From Lentimicrobiaceae bacterium (GTDB taxonomy: Bacteria; Bacteroidota; Bacteroidia; Bacteroidales; JAAYJT01): 64,000 bases of DNA. A program made the position numbers and the translations under genes. The notes under the pieces were generated by a model. That model was given only the letters and a program-made list of their open reading frames with translations, made no database searches and was not told the DNA's origin. Every line of letters starts with the position of its first letter. Position 1 is the stretch's first letter. The stretch is from the NCBI GenBank assembly GCA_037445555.1, contig JBBIKG010000008.1, positions 14,945-78,944 of the forward strand. Direction: 5' to 3'. Positions 10,392-19,886 of the stretch are shown piece after piece.

Positions 10392-11876
10392 TTAGTTCGG
10401 CTGTACCAGCAAATTGGTGTTCAACTCAGTCTGCGGAATTGGCCATACATATACCGGAGAAGTTGACGGCAGGGCATTCACGCCAGCTTTGGCTCCGTGA
10501 GCAGCCAGGCGGCGCATGGTATCCATATTTCTGATGCCCTCGCCAAGGAATTCAAGGTTACGCTCAAGCATCAGGCGGTTCACAAATGCATCAGCATTGG
10601 CGAAGCTTGCCGTGGTAAAGGCGGTGCCACCGGTATTCGATCTCAGATACACTGCATTGAGCAAGGCAACGGCGCGGGTAGTCACGCCATTCTGGCGTGC
10701 TTCGGCCTCGGCCAGGTTGAGCAACACTTCGGCATACCTGATCACTGGAGCCCAGTCCGAATGCGGGAACAGGGAGTATTTGTTGATGAAGTTATACACG
10801 GTACCACCCACCGTACTAGGTGATACCAGAACTTTGCGGGCGTCGGTAGCAAGAAAAGCGGTGCTTGACCAAACCACACTCAACGGGTTGATGGGATACT
10901 CATTGTTCCCGACCGTTGAGGCGGAGAAATAATGAGCCAGACCGTTTTGAGTACCCGGCAGTTCGGCTGAGGTCATTGGCATCGATAGAATGGATTCGGC
11001 CGTGGTGTAGGGTGTACGGAAAATGGACACAAATGTGCTGGCCAGTGCATTAGCTACACCTGATGGAGACACGAATGGGGCAGCTGTCGGAACGATTTTG
11101 TTGGCTTCGGTTATCACATTTGACCAGGCTTCCATGTGCAGGTACACCCTGGTTTTGAAAGCGATCACGGTGTTTTTGTGCACCCTTGTCACATAGGCCG
11201 CCGAATTTGCCGTTCCGGCAGTAACGGTTGGCAGCAGGGTTTCGGCGGTGTTCAGGTCGCTGAGAATCTGTTCGTAGGTTTTGGCCAGAGTTTCGCGTGC
11301 CTGGCTGTTATCTGCGCCCGATTTGGCAGCCTTCAGGCGGAGTATGGCTCCAAAATTTGAAGCACCTGCCTTGTAGGGTTTGGCATAGAGCTGGATGAGA
11401 TGGTGATAGGCTATCCCCCTTAGCGCTAAGGCTTCGCCCTTGTAGCGATCGAATTCGGCCTGAGTCAGGATGTTTCCACTGATAATTTTGGCTTTGCTAG
11501 CTTCCAGTCCATCAAGGAACAGATTTACACGGTTGACGGCCGCATAAATGGCATCCCACAGGTTCTGCACTTCGTTTGTGGAGGCAGTGATGGTGTGGTT
11601 CCAGGTCATCATACCTGTAACCCCGTTATTTTGAAGCATCAGGTAGTCGTCGCCTCGGATGTCATTATATACCTGGAAGCGTCCGCCAAGATATTGTCCG
11701 CTCTTGAATGAGGAATAAATGCCCCTGATCTGTCCTTCGATCCTGGATTTGGTATCGAAAGCTGAGAGGTCGCTGATGGCCGTTTTAGGCACCGGGTCGA
11801 GGTATTCTTTGAAACAGGAAGTGAGAAGCACCTGAACCAGAAGAAGCGAAATCGCGTATTTCAATATATTTTTCAT
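10392..11876 (-). CDS. SusD/RagB-family nutrient-binding outer-membrane lipoprotein
   Basis: 494 aa with a lipoprotein signal (VLLTSCFKEYLD). It is paired with the upstream SusC-like gene. Confidence 0.9.
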   Translation of the reverse strand: MKNILKYAISLLLVQVLLTSCFKEYLDPVPKTAISDLSAFDTKSRIEGQIRGIYSSFKSGQYLGGRFQVYNDIRGDDYLMLQNNGVTGMMTWNHTITASTNEVQNLWDAIYAAVNRVNLFLDGLEASKAKIISGNILTQAEFDRYKGEALALRGIAYHHLIQLYAKPYKAGASNFGAILRLKAAKSGADNSQARETLAKTYEQILSDLNTAETLLPTVTAGTANSAAYVTRVHKNTVIAFKTRVYLHMEAWSNVITEANKIVPTAAPFVSPSGVANALASTFVSIFRTPYTTAESILSMPMTSAELPGTQNGLAHYFSASTVGNNEYPINPLSVVWSSTAFLATDARKVLVSPSTVGGTVYNFINKYSLFPHSDWAPVIRYAEVLLNLAEAEARQNGVTTRAVALLNAVYLRSNTGGTAFTTASFANADAFVNRLMLERNLEFLGEGIRNMDTMRRLAAHGAKAGVNALPSTSPVYVWPIPQTELNTNLLVQPN

Positions 11877-11894
11877 GGTATTCAGATTTTAAAG

Positions 11895-14800
11895 TTAGAA
11901 GGTTACGTTGATTCCAAATGAAATGGTGCGTGCCTGCGGAACCGTGTTCCTGTCAACACCCGGAGTCAGGTTGGTGTCACCGTTCGACGAAATTTCGGGG
12001 TCGGCTCCGGTGTAGTTGGTGAATGTGTAGGCATTGAATATCTGCGAGTAGATACGCAGGCTGCTCACATTGGCACGTTTGAGGAGGTTATTTTTCAACG
12101 TATAGCCAAGGCTGAGGTTCCTGACCTTGACAAAGTCGCCTCTTTCCATATTCTGCTCTTGTACCATGGAGGAACCATTCGATACGTTGTCACCCCATAC
12201 CGGTCTTGGAATCGGGGTAATATCACCGGCTTTTTTCCAGTATTTCTCGGCAACTTCGGCAGAGTTGTTCCAGTTACGCTGGTCTCTCAGCCCGGCTTTT
12301 GATCCGTTATAAACGTAGAAATCAAAGGCATAGGTAAGGCCCAGGTTAAAGTCGAAATTTCCGAAGGTAATGGTATTGTCAAGCCCGCCAAAGTATTTTG
12401 GAATGGGGCTGCCCAGAGGTTCGCCATCGTTTGAGATGTCCACCGAACGTGATACGTTGCCATCGGCATCGCGCCAGCCCGAAGTGGCCACGCCCGACTG
12501 ATGGTTGTAAAACACCTTGGTGTAAGTTCCATCCCATTTTCCGCTTGTATTATAATTCTTGCGCCAGAACACGCGGCGGCCGGTAGCCGGATCAACGCCG
12601 TCAGTTCTCACGCCCCAGATCATACCGAGCGGATAACCCACAATGGTTCTGTTGGTTGTTTCGAGCTGAGTTACTCCAGCCAGGAAAGGAACGCCATCGG
12701 CAAGCGAGGTTACTTCGTTCTTCAGGTAAGTGAAGTTAAAGTTGGTATTCCACTTGAATTTGGCTTTGTTGATGTTGTAGCTCGTAAGGGTAAATTCCAA
12801 CCCCTTGTTGAACATCGAACCCACGTTCATAGGCAATACGTTGCCAGGGATACCCTTCGATGGCGACTGGGGCACATTGAGGATAAGGCCATCGATGTCG
12901 TTGTTGAAGTAGTTGAATTCAAACTGCATCCTGTCCCTGAGTATGGCAAATGATAGACCCACGTCAAATTTGTTGCTGGTCTCCCACTTCAGGTCGGCAT
13001 TTCCAGCCTGATTGAAGAACAGGGTGGCTTCCTGGTTGTAGGTTCCGGCTCCGTACAAAAACAATGAAGCGTATGAACCTACTCCCGAAATGTTACCTAC
13101 ACGGCCATAGCTGGCTTTAATCCGGAGATCTGACAGGTAGTCGCCCAGCGAGCTGTTTTTGACAAACTCCTCGTTCGAGATGTTCCACATGGCAGAGGCT
13201 CCGCCAAAGTTGCCATATTTGTTTCCTGCTGCCAATCCGGAGAATCCGTCGCGACGGGCGCTGAAGTCGATATAATACTTCTTGTCCCAGTCGGCATTGA
13301 TACGGCCAAAGTACGAAGTGAAGTAGTTTTCGGACAACATGGCTGTCGGAGGTTGCTGCGGAGTGGTGAAGCTGCCCTGGTAATCGGTAAAGAACACATC
13401 AGCTAATCCGGTTCTGCGACCTGACCAGCCGTTGAAGTTTGAATACTGTTCTTCAGATCCGACCAGTGCTTTCAGGTTCAGTTTTTCGAACAGATTCATA
13501 CCATAATTGATTGTGTTGGTCCAGTTCCAGCGGTTGCGGCGGTCAAAATAGTTAAAAACTTCGCCACCGTTGGTTCTGCCATCGCCATGGTCAGGATGCC
13601 AGAAGGTTTTGGACTCAACCAGGCTGTTGTCAAGGCCGAATACCGAGCGCAGGAACAAACCCTTAATGGGTTCAGCCGTCACGGAAAGGTTGGTAAGCAG
13701 GCGGTCACTCTGGCTGTTGCCATAGTTTTTATCCTGCAAAAACACCGGGTGGAAGAATCCAACAGGCTGGGTGTTTGTTCCCAGGCCCACGCGGTTGTTT
13801 GCCCAGTCAATGTTGTAGTCGCCATTGGGCAGGTAAACTGGTACCACCGGTGAGGTTACAAATGCCAGACGGCCTGCACCTGCCGTTGAGAAGTTAGCTC
13901 CGGCAAGCGATCCCGTATTTGGTGCGTTAGTGAATGAATTGGTGTAGTTGAGGCTTGCTCCCAGCGAAACCCAGCGGTTGAGTTTGTGATCGAGATTCAG
14001 ACGGGCATTCTTACGAATATAATTGTTGGTTTTGATGATACCATCGTTGTTGGAATACCCTACTGAGAGGAAGTAGCTGGTGGTAGGCGAACCGCCCGAA
14101 ACGCTGAGCGAATGGGTGTGCTGGAAACCAGTTTGATATACATAGTCGTTCCAGTTCGTATTCACATCGTTGCCATCCTTGTCCTTCTGTACAAAGTAGG
14201 CAGCGGCCAGGTTGTTGGCATTGGCACGGGCCTGGTTCTTCACTTCGATAAACTGGTAAGCATCCATCAGGTCATACAGCCGGTAAGCGGATGAGTACCC
14301 CATGTTGGCATCATAGGAAACGGTAACCTTGCCGGCAGCGCCCTTCTTAGTGGTAATGATGATTACACCGTTGGCTGCCCTTGAGCCGTAAATAGCCGTT
14401 GCCGAGGCATCTTTCAGCACTTCGATGGAAGCGATGTCGGCCGGATTGATGTCGCCCAGGGCATTGAGAGCCGAATTCGTACGCGAGAGGTCACCTGTGA
14501 ATACAGGAACACCGTCCACCACATACAACGGGCTTGAACTGCCCGAGATGGAGTTGAACCCGCGAACGCGAACCATAGGCGGGTTGCCAAGCACAGCATT
14601 GGGAATAGTAAGGGTTACCCCGGCAGCTTTCCCTTGCAGGGCCTGGTCAAATGTCTGAACAGGAATGGTCTTGATAGCGTCGCCCCGCACAGTAGTAATT
14701 GAACCGGACACGTCGCGGCGTTGCTGCACACCGTACCCGATAACTACAAACTCTTCGATGGCAAACACGTCCTGTTCCATAGCCACGCTCACCGTAGTGC

Positions 14801-15056
14801 GGTTTTCGAGAGAAACCTCGAGGGTTTTCAGACCAACCACCGAGAATACCAGGACTGATGTGGGAGGAGCAACAAGCTCAAACTTCCCGTTCATATCCGT
14901 ACTGGTACCAAGTGTAGTGCCTTTAACACGAACAGTAACACCCGGAATAGGCGTGCCTTCTTCCTTGCTTGTCACCGTTCCTGAAACCGGCCGCTGAGCA
15001 ATCACAGCCTGCCACGCAATGAGCATGCAGGCAAGCAGAATGGTAATTTTTCTCAT
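11895..15056 (-). CDS. SusC/RagA-family TonB-dependent outer-membrane transporter
   Basis: 1053 aa with a paralogous N-terminus (MRKITILLACMLIAWQAVIAQRPVSGTV...), a plug, a barrel and a terminal F. Confidence 0.95.
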   Translation of the reverse strand: MRKITILLACMLIAWQAVIAQRPVSGTVTSKEEGTPIPGVTVRVKGTTLGTSTDMNGKFELVAPPTSVLVFSVVGLKTLEVSLENRTTVSVAMEQDVFAIEEFVVIGYGVQQRRDVSGSITTVRGDAIKTIPVQTFDQALQGKAAGVTLTIPNAVLGNPPMVRVRGFNSISGSSSPLYVVDGVPVFTGDLSRTNSALNALGDINPADIASIEVLKDASATAIYGSRAANGVIIITTKKGAAGKVTVSYDANMGYSSAYRLYDLMDAYQFIEVKNQARANANNLAAAYFVQKDKDGNDVNTNWNDYVYQTGFQHTHSLSVSGGSPTTSYFLSVGYSNNDGIIKTNNYIRKNARLNLDHKLNRWVSLGASLNYTNSFTNAPNTGSLAGANFSTAGAGRLAFVTSPVVPVYLPNGDYNIDWANNRVGLGTNTQPVGFFHPVFLQDKNYGNSQSDRLLTNLSVTAEPIKGLFLRSVFGLDNSLVESKTFWHPDHGDGRTNGGEVFNYFDRRNRWNWTNTINYGMNLFEKLNLKALVGSEEQYSNFNGWSGRRTGLADVFFTDYQGSFTTPQQPPTAMLSENYFTSYFGRINADWDKKYYIDFSARRDGFSGLAAGNKYGNFGGASAMWNISNEEFVKNSSLGDYLSDLRIKASYGRVGNISGVGSYASLFLYGAGTYNQEATLFFNQAGNADLKWETSNKFDVGLSFAILRDRMQFEFNYFNNDIDGLILNVPQSPSKGIPGNVLPMNVGSMFNKGLEFTLTSYNINKAKFKWNTNFNFTYLKNEVTSLADGVPFLAGVTQLETTNRTIVGYPLGMIWGVRTDGVDPATGRRVFWRKNYNTSGKWDGTYTKVFYNHQSGVATSGWRDADGNVSRSVDISNDGEPLGSPIPKYFGGLDNTITFGNFDFNLGLTYAFDFYVYNGSKAGLRDQRNWNNSAEVAEKYWKKAGDITPIPRPVWGDNVSNGSSMVQEQNMERGDFVKVRNLSLGYTLKNNLLKRANVSSLRIYSQIFNAYTFTNYTGADPEISSNGDTNLTPGVDRNTVPQARTISFGINVTF

Positions 15057-15276
15057 AACTGGTTTGATTTTGGTTAATAAATAAACAATACGTAAAACTG
15101 GTCTTAGAATTTAGGTTTGACTGTCATTAATAAATATGGGTTAAACTTTCATCTGTCATTCAAAAAATACACACGCCACAATGCTACCATGTTGCGCCAC
15201 GATAGCAACTGGCTGAATATCTGATTTTTAATCACAAATTCGTTAATTCCAACCCTTGCTTGTCGATTAAAAACGG

Positions 15277-15286
15277 TGCTAATATA
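15277..15286 (-). promoter_or_regulatory. Conserved 10-mer TATATTAGCA upstream of susC copy 3
   Basis: Same 10-mer as at 5344 and 10236, about 225 nt upstream of the start codon. Confidence 0.4.
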
Positions 15287-15420
15287 ATAACAAAAACATA
15301 TAGTACGCATCTGTTTTGTGAATTTTATGGGTCTCCACAAAAATTTTTATTACTACTGCGGGGAATATCAGGAACCGATGAAGGCAAAGGTGCACACGGT
15401 CTGTTTCGGCATGTGGCAGG

Positions 15421-16959
15421 TTATTCAAGGCTCCCGACATTTTTCTCTACCTCCGTCAGGATTTCACATGACTTGACAAGCTCCTTCATCGCATTATGGT
15501 CGGGATACAGGGGCCGGTCAATATCAAGATAGTTCACATATTTTCTGATAACGGCACGTGCCACCCGGGACCCTGCCCCGAATAAATAAGGAGTTTCAAA
15601 CTTTTCGCGCAGGTCAAGTGCCTGGGCGGCACACATTAGCTCGATGCCAAGAATTCCGTAAGCATTGTCAAGGATCTGGAAATTTTTCAGGGCGGTGTTC
15701 ATGCCCATTGACACAAAATCTTCCTGATCGGCAGCGGCAGGAATGGATTGAATGGAGGCTGGCATCGAAAGGATGCGTTGTTCCACTATCTGCATGTCGG
15801 CCGTATACTGGCTGAGCATCATGCCCGAAAACATACCGGCGCCCCTGGTCAGAAAGGGTGGCAATCCAACGCTTAGGGCAGGGTTGTTCAGCCGATTCAT
15901 ACGCCGCTCAGATAGCACGCTAACCATCGTAACGGCTGCGCCAATCATATCCATGGGCAGGCTGACCGGTGTTCCCTGGAAGTTAGCTCCTGAGAGTTGC
16001 AGGTTTTCTTCGGCAAAAAAGATAGGATTGTCGCCCACGCCATTCAGTTCAGTCTCAACCTGGCTCCTGGCCCATGCCAGGGCATCATGCGCGGCCCCGA
16101 TCACCTGGGGCGTTGAGCGCATGCTGTAGGCGTCCTGCACTTTAACTTTTAACCGTTTTTCCATCAGGTCGCCACCGGCTGCCACCTTGCGGATGGCGGC
16201 TGCACTGCGGATGGCGCCGGGGAAACCCCTGACCTGGTGTATTTTATGATTGTAGGGACCGAAATTTGCCTTCAAAGCTTCGAGGGTCATGGCACATGCA
16301 ATCTCGGCCTGCTTGAGCCATCGGTTGGTATCATAGAGCATGATGGCGCTCATGGCAGTCAGCACATTGGAACCATTGATGGCGGCAAGGCCATCGCGTG
16401 CCTGCAGGCCGGGCACAGCAATGCCGGCCCGTTCTAGAGCTATGTGACCCTCAAGGAGTTCGCCCTGATAATATGCAAGTCCTTCGCCCATCATAAGCAA
16501 GGCGATTTGCGACATGGGCGAAAGATCACCGCAGGCGCCCACGGAGCCCTGGCGGCACACATGGGGTGTAACGCCTTTGTTAAGCATATCAACCATGGTT
16601 TGGGTAATTTCAAGGCGAGATCCGGAATTACCGTGGGCATGTACGTTGATGCGTCCAAGCATGGCCCCCCTTACCCATTCTTCGGGCATAGGATCGCCTA
16701 TACCTGCGGCGTGGTTATAAATCAGGTACTTCTGAAAATCCGCTACCTGTTCATCGGATAAAACCACTTCCGAAAATTCTCCTATGCCGGTATTGATGCC
16801 GTACATAATCTCCCGGGCTTCAATTTTTCTTTCGAGCATAGCCCGGCAGGCGTTGATGCGTTCAACAGCTCCGGGATGAAGCTGAACGTGCTGGTGGTGT
16901 CGGGCGACATTTACCACATCTTCGATGGTAAGCCCTGATCCGGTAATGATGAGTGTCAT
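15421..16959 (-). CDS. Aromatic amino acid / histidine ammonia-lyase-family (MIO-enzyme family) protein with an Ala-Cys-Gly variant tripeptide
   Basis: 512 aa. It aligns by eye to HAL: YGINTGIGEF, LIYNHAAGIG, GSVGACGDLSP (canonical GSxGASGDLAP), NGSNVL, QDAYSMRSTPQV. Confidence 0.8.
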   Translation of the reverse strand: MTLIITGSGLTIEDVVNVARHHQHVQLHPGAVERINACRAMLERKIEAREIMYGINTGIGEFSEVVLSDEQVADFQKYLIYNHAAGIGDPMPEEWVRGAMLGRINVHAHGNSGSRLEITQTMVDMLNKGVTPHVCRQGSVGACGDLSPMSQIALLMMGEGLAYYQGELLEGHIALERAGIAVPGLQARDGLAAINGSNVLTAMSAIMLYDTNRWLKQAEIACAMTLEALKANFGPYNHKIHQVRGFPGAIRSAAAIRKVAAGGDLMEKRLKVKVQDAYSMRSTPQVIGAAHDALAWARSQVETELNGVGDNPIFFAEENLQLSGANFQGTPVSLPMDMIGAAVTMVSVLSERRMNRLNNPALSVGLPPFLTRGAGMFSGMMLSQYTADMQIVEQRILSMPASIQSIPAAADQEDFVSMGMNTALKNFQILDNAYGILGIELMCAAQALDLREKFETPYLFGAGSRVARAVIRKYVNYLDIDRPLYPDHNAMKELVKSCEILTEVEKNVGSLE

Positions 16960-17102
16960 AAGCGTGTATTTATCGTAGGTACATTTATGGCTTTCGTGCC
17001 CGGCCTCACACCGGGTATATATAATTTAATGTATCTGAACGGTTTCTTCGGCCAGTAACAATTATCTTCAAACCATGTGGGAAAAGTGTGAGCAGTTTAC
17101 AA

Positions 17103-18278
17103 TCAGTCGTTGCGTGATTCGGAAGAAATGGTGTGCATCTTGGTTACAGGTCTTCCGTCGAAGATGATGCGGTAGGTGATGTGTTTTTTTGAAAATTTAC
17201 CTTCCACGGCAGCATGGAGGCGCTGCATTTTGGGATTGAAATCACCTACCCATGACAATTCTACCTCTTTGTAAGAGGGCTTGTGTTTCATCATTTTATC
17301 CATGTGCCAGAAAATGGCCGATTCAATTCCGTAGCGCTGAAACCGGGGTATAACCCCCATCACGGTAATACGGGCTTTTGTAAAAAGCTTTTTTCGTCTG
17401 AGTTGAAGGAATTTCAGTTTATCGAAGAACGAGAGCTTTCCGTCAAAGAACCTGAGTATCTGGTTGACATCCGGAAACATCACCAGAAAGGCGATAGGTT
17501 GATTATCGTGATAGGCAAACCAGATGAATTCTTCGTCGAGAATGACCCGGGCTTTTTCCAACTCTGCCTTAACTGAATCGATTTTCAGGGGGGTGAAGTG
17601 TTCGTGGTACACCCATGCCTGGTCATACACCTCTTTCAGGTCATGGATATATTTATCGGCTTTTTTAAATTGGAAGTGCTCGAAACTGAATCCCGGTTTC
17701 TGCCTCACCCAGTCGGCTATCTTCCAAAAGCGTTCGGGGAAAGGCCGGGTCAGGTCAATTTTATTGGTAATCTGCTCATAATATTCACGAAACCCGTATT
17801 CTTCAAACAATGCCCTGTAGTAGGGCTTATGGTAATTCATGCCGTAGCTGGCATTTTCAAAACCATCGACGAGCAAACCCCAGTAGGAGTCATTTTCACC
17901 AAAATTTATCGGGCCATCCATGGCTTCCAAGCCCTCTCCGATCAGCCATTGGCGGCATGCATCAAACAGCATGGAGGCTGCTTTACTGTCGTCAATACAT
18001 TCAAAAAAACCCATGCCTCCGGTTTTTTGTTCGAACCGGGCTGCCTTGGCGCGGTTGTAAAACGCCGCCACACGGCCTGTCAGGTTGCCGTCATCATCTG
18101 TCAAAAACCACCGGATAGCATTGCCACCCTGAAAATAGGCATTTTTTTTGGGATTGAATATGGCCTCGATGTCTTGGTCGAGAGGACAAACAAAATAAGG
18201 ATCATCTTTATAGATAACCCTTAGCACATCGTGGAACTGTTCGGCAGTTTTACGATTGGTAACCTGTATTAGTTTCAT
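17103..18278 (-). CDS. Conserved Bacteroidetes GNAT-like (N-acyltransferase fold) protein of unknown function
   Basis: 391-aa intact ORF. It resembles the roughly 380-aa GNAT-family proteins common in Bacteroidetes (GFFECIDD...LFDA...GP(I/L)xF). The call is by recollection, not by search. Confidence 0.5.
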   Translation of the reverse strand: MKLIQVTNRKTAEQFHDVLRVIYKDDPYFVCPLDQDIEAIFNPKKNAYFQGGNAIRWFLTDDDGNLTGRVAAFYNRAKAARFEQKTGGMGFFECIDDSKAASMLFDACRQWLIGEGLEAMDGPINFGENDSYWGLLVDGFENASYGMNYHKPYYRALFEEYGFREYYEQITNKIDLTRPFPERFWKIADWVRQKPGFSFEHFQFKKADKYIHDLKEVYDQAWVYHEHFTPLKIDSVKAELEKARVILDEEFIWFAYHDNQPIAFLVMFPDVNQILRFFDGKLSFFDKLKFLQLRRKKLFTKARITVMGVIPRFQRYGIESAIFWHMDKMMKHKPSYKEVELSWVGDFNPKMQRLHAAVEGKFSKKHITYRIIFDGRPVTKMHTISSESRND

Positions 18279-18391
18279 GACCGGCTGGTTGATACGACGT
18301 TGCCCCTGTGGTGGATGGCAAATATAATCAGATTATCCGCATCTCAAAATATGCATAACTTTTTTTAACCAGTCTGTACGGCTTAAATCCG

Positions 18392-18399
18392 TAATTTTG
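18392..18399 (+). promoter_or_regulatory. -7 box TAATTTTG
   Basis: Matches TAnnTTTG, 24 nt upstream of the ATG at 18423. Confidence 0.45.
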
Positions 18400-18422
18400 C
18401 CCAACAAAGTACCGAAATCACA

Positions 18423-19886
18423 ATGGCCTTTCCCCGAATTAAGAGGCTCGACTGGCTCATTCTTAAATCGTATGCCGGACCAATGGCGCTCACGTTTGTG
18501 ATAGCGATATTTGTGCTGGTGATGCAGTTTGTGTGGAAGTATGTGGATGAACTGGTTGGCAAGGGCTTGCCCTGGAGTGTAATTGCCGAGTTGTTGTTTT
18601 ACGCTGCTACCACTTTTGTGCCGATGGCCCTGCCCCTTGCGATTCTCCTGTCCTCGCTGATGACCTTCGGCAACCTGGGCGAGAATTACGAACTGGTTGC
18701 AGTCAAATCTTCAGGAATCTCGCTTCGAAGGGCTATGTATCCGCTGATTGTCCTTTCTGCTGTAATAAGTATCGTCGCGTTTTATTTTTCGAACAACCTG
18801 CTGCCTGTCACCAATCTGAAATTCCGGACCATTCTTTATGATGTCCGCCAGACAAAACTGGCACTCAATATCAAGGAGGGAATTTATTACAATGGCCTTG
18901 ACGGGTATGTCATCAGGGTTGGCAGCAAGGATAAGGATGAGAAGACCCTGCGGGATATCATGATGTATGATCATACCTCGGGATTAGGAAACACAACCTT
19001 CAGCAGGGCGGAATGGGGTACGATGGAACAGACTGATGACGGGCGTTTTCTGGTGCTGACACTTTATAACGGCGAAAGCTACGATGACAAACCAAACCGG
19101 AATAACCCGGTGGGCAATCCGTTTACCCGCATCAGGTTTGATAAAGAGGTGAGGCGTTTCGACCTGTCTGCATTTAAGCTGAACCGCACTGATGAGGCAT
19201 TTTTCAAGAACAACTACCAAATGTTCAACCTGAAGCAACTTAGCCATGCCCGCGATTCGCTTTACACCGAACTTGAGAACAGGTTGAACAACATCGCCCG
19301 TTCGGCCCGGTACAATTATTATTATTTCGCAAACATAGATACGACCAAGTTTGTTGCCCGGGACACGAGCCTGAGGTTTCGTGGTGATTTTCTGGCTGGA
19401 TTTACGCAAGAGGAAAGGGCCAACGTAATAGAATCGGCATTGAACGCGACCCGGAATATGCAATCAACCTCAGATTATACCGTATCAAGTATAGAAAGCC
19501 AACACAAAACCATCCGCCGTCACGACATTGAGTGGCACCGCAAGTTTACGCTGTCATTTGCCTGTTTTATCCTGTTTTTTGTGGGGGCACCCCTTGGTGC
19601 AATCATCCGAAAGGGCGGGTTGGGCATGCCAATCGTAGTATCTACATTTCTTTTTATACTTTTTCACATAGCCTCCACTACCGGTGATAAATACGTACGC
19701 ACGGGGCTTCTCGACCCGTTCACTGGCATGTGGTTGCCCACCGCCCTTTTTCTGCCGCTCGGAATCTGGCTCACATACAAGGCCGTGACCGACTCGCCAT
19801 TGATGGATGCTGACGCCTGGGGCAAGTTATTGAAAAGGATTCATGCATCTGACCCCGCCAACCAGGATCAGGGTGGCCGACCGTAA
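18423..19886 (+). CDS. LptF/LptG-family (YjgP/YjgQ) LPS export permease
   Basis: 487 aa. The N-terminus reads LDWLILKSYAGPMALTFVIAIFVLVMQFVWKYVDELVGKGL. It has a large periplasmic loop and C-terminal TM helices. Confidence 0.85.
   Translation: MAFPRIKRLDWLILKSYAGPMALTFVIAIFVLVMQFVWKYVDELVGKGLPWSVIAELLFYAATTFVPMALPLAILLSSLMTFGNLGENYELVAVKSSGISLRRAMYPLIVLSAVISIVAFYFSNNLLPVTNLKFRTILYDVRQTKLALNIKEGIYYNGLDGYVIRVGSKDKDEKTLRDIMMYDHTSGLGNTTFSRAEWGTMEQTDDGRFLVLTLYNGESYDDKPNRNNPVGNPFTRIRFDKEVRRFDLSAFKLNRTDEAFFKNNYQMFNLKQLSHARDSLYTELENRLNNIARSARYNYYYFANIDTTKFVARDTSLRFRGDFLAGFTQEERANVIESALNATRNMQSTSDYTVSSIESQHKTIRRHDIEWHRKFTLSFACFILFFVGAPLGAIIRKGGLGMPIVVSTFLFILFHIASTTGDKYVRTGLLDPFTGMWLPTALFLPLGIWLTYKAVTDSPLMDADAWGKLLKRIHASDPANQDQGGRP

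Noticed and set aside
17598-18224. 208-aa ORF antisense to the GNAT-like gene. Similar long antisense ORFs occur at 25538-26020, 48166-48777, 57691-58305, 60517-61074 and 12501-12953.
   Set aside because: Each lies wholly inside a longer ORF with clear family motifs on the other strand. Their translations are low-complexity or motif-free, so they are typical shadow ORFs.
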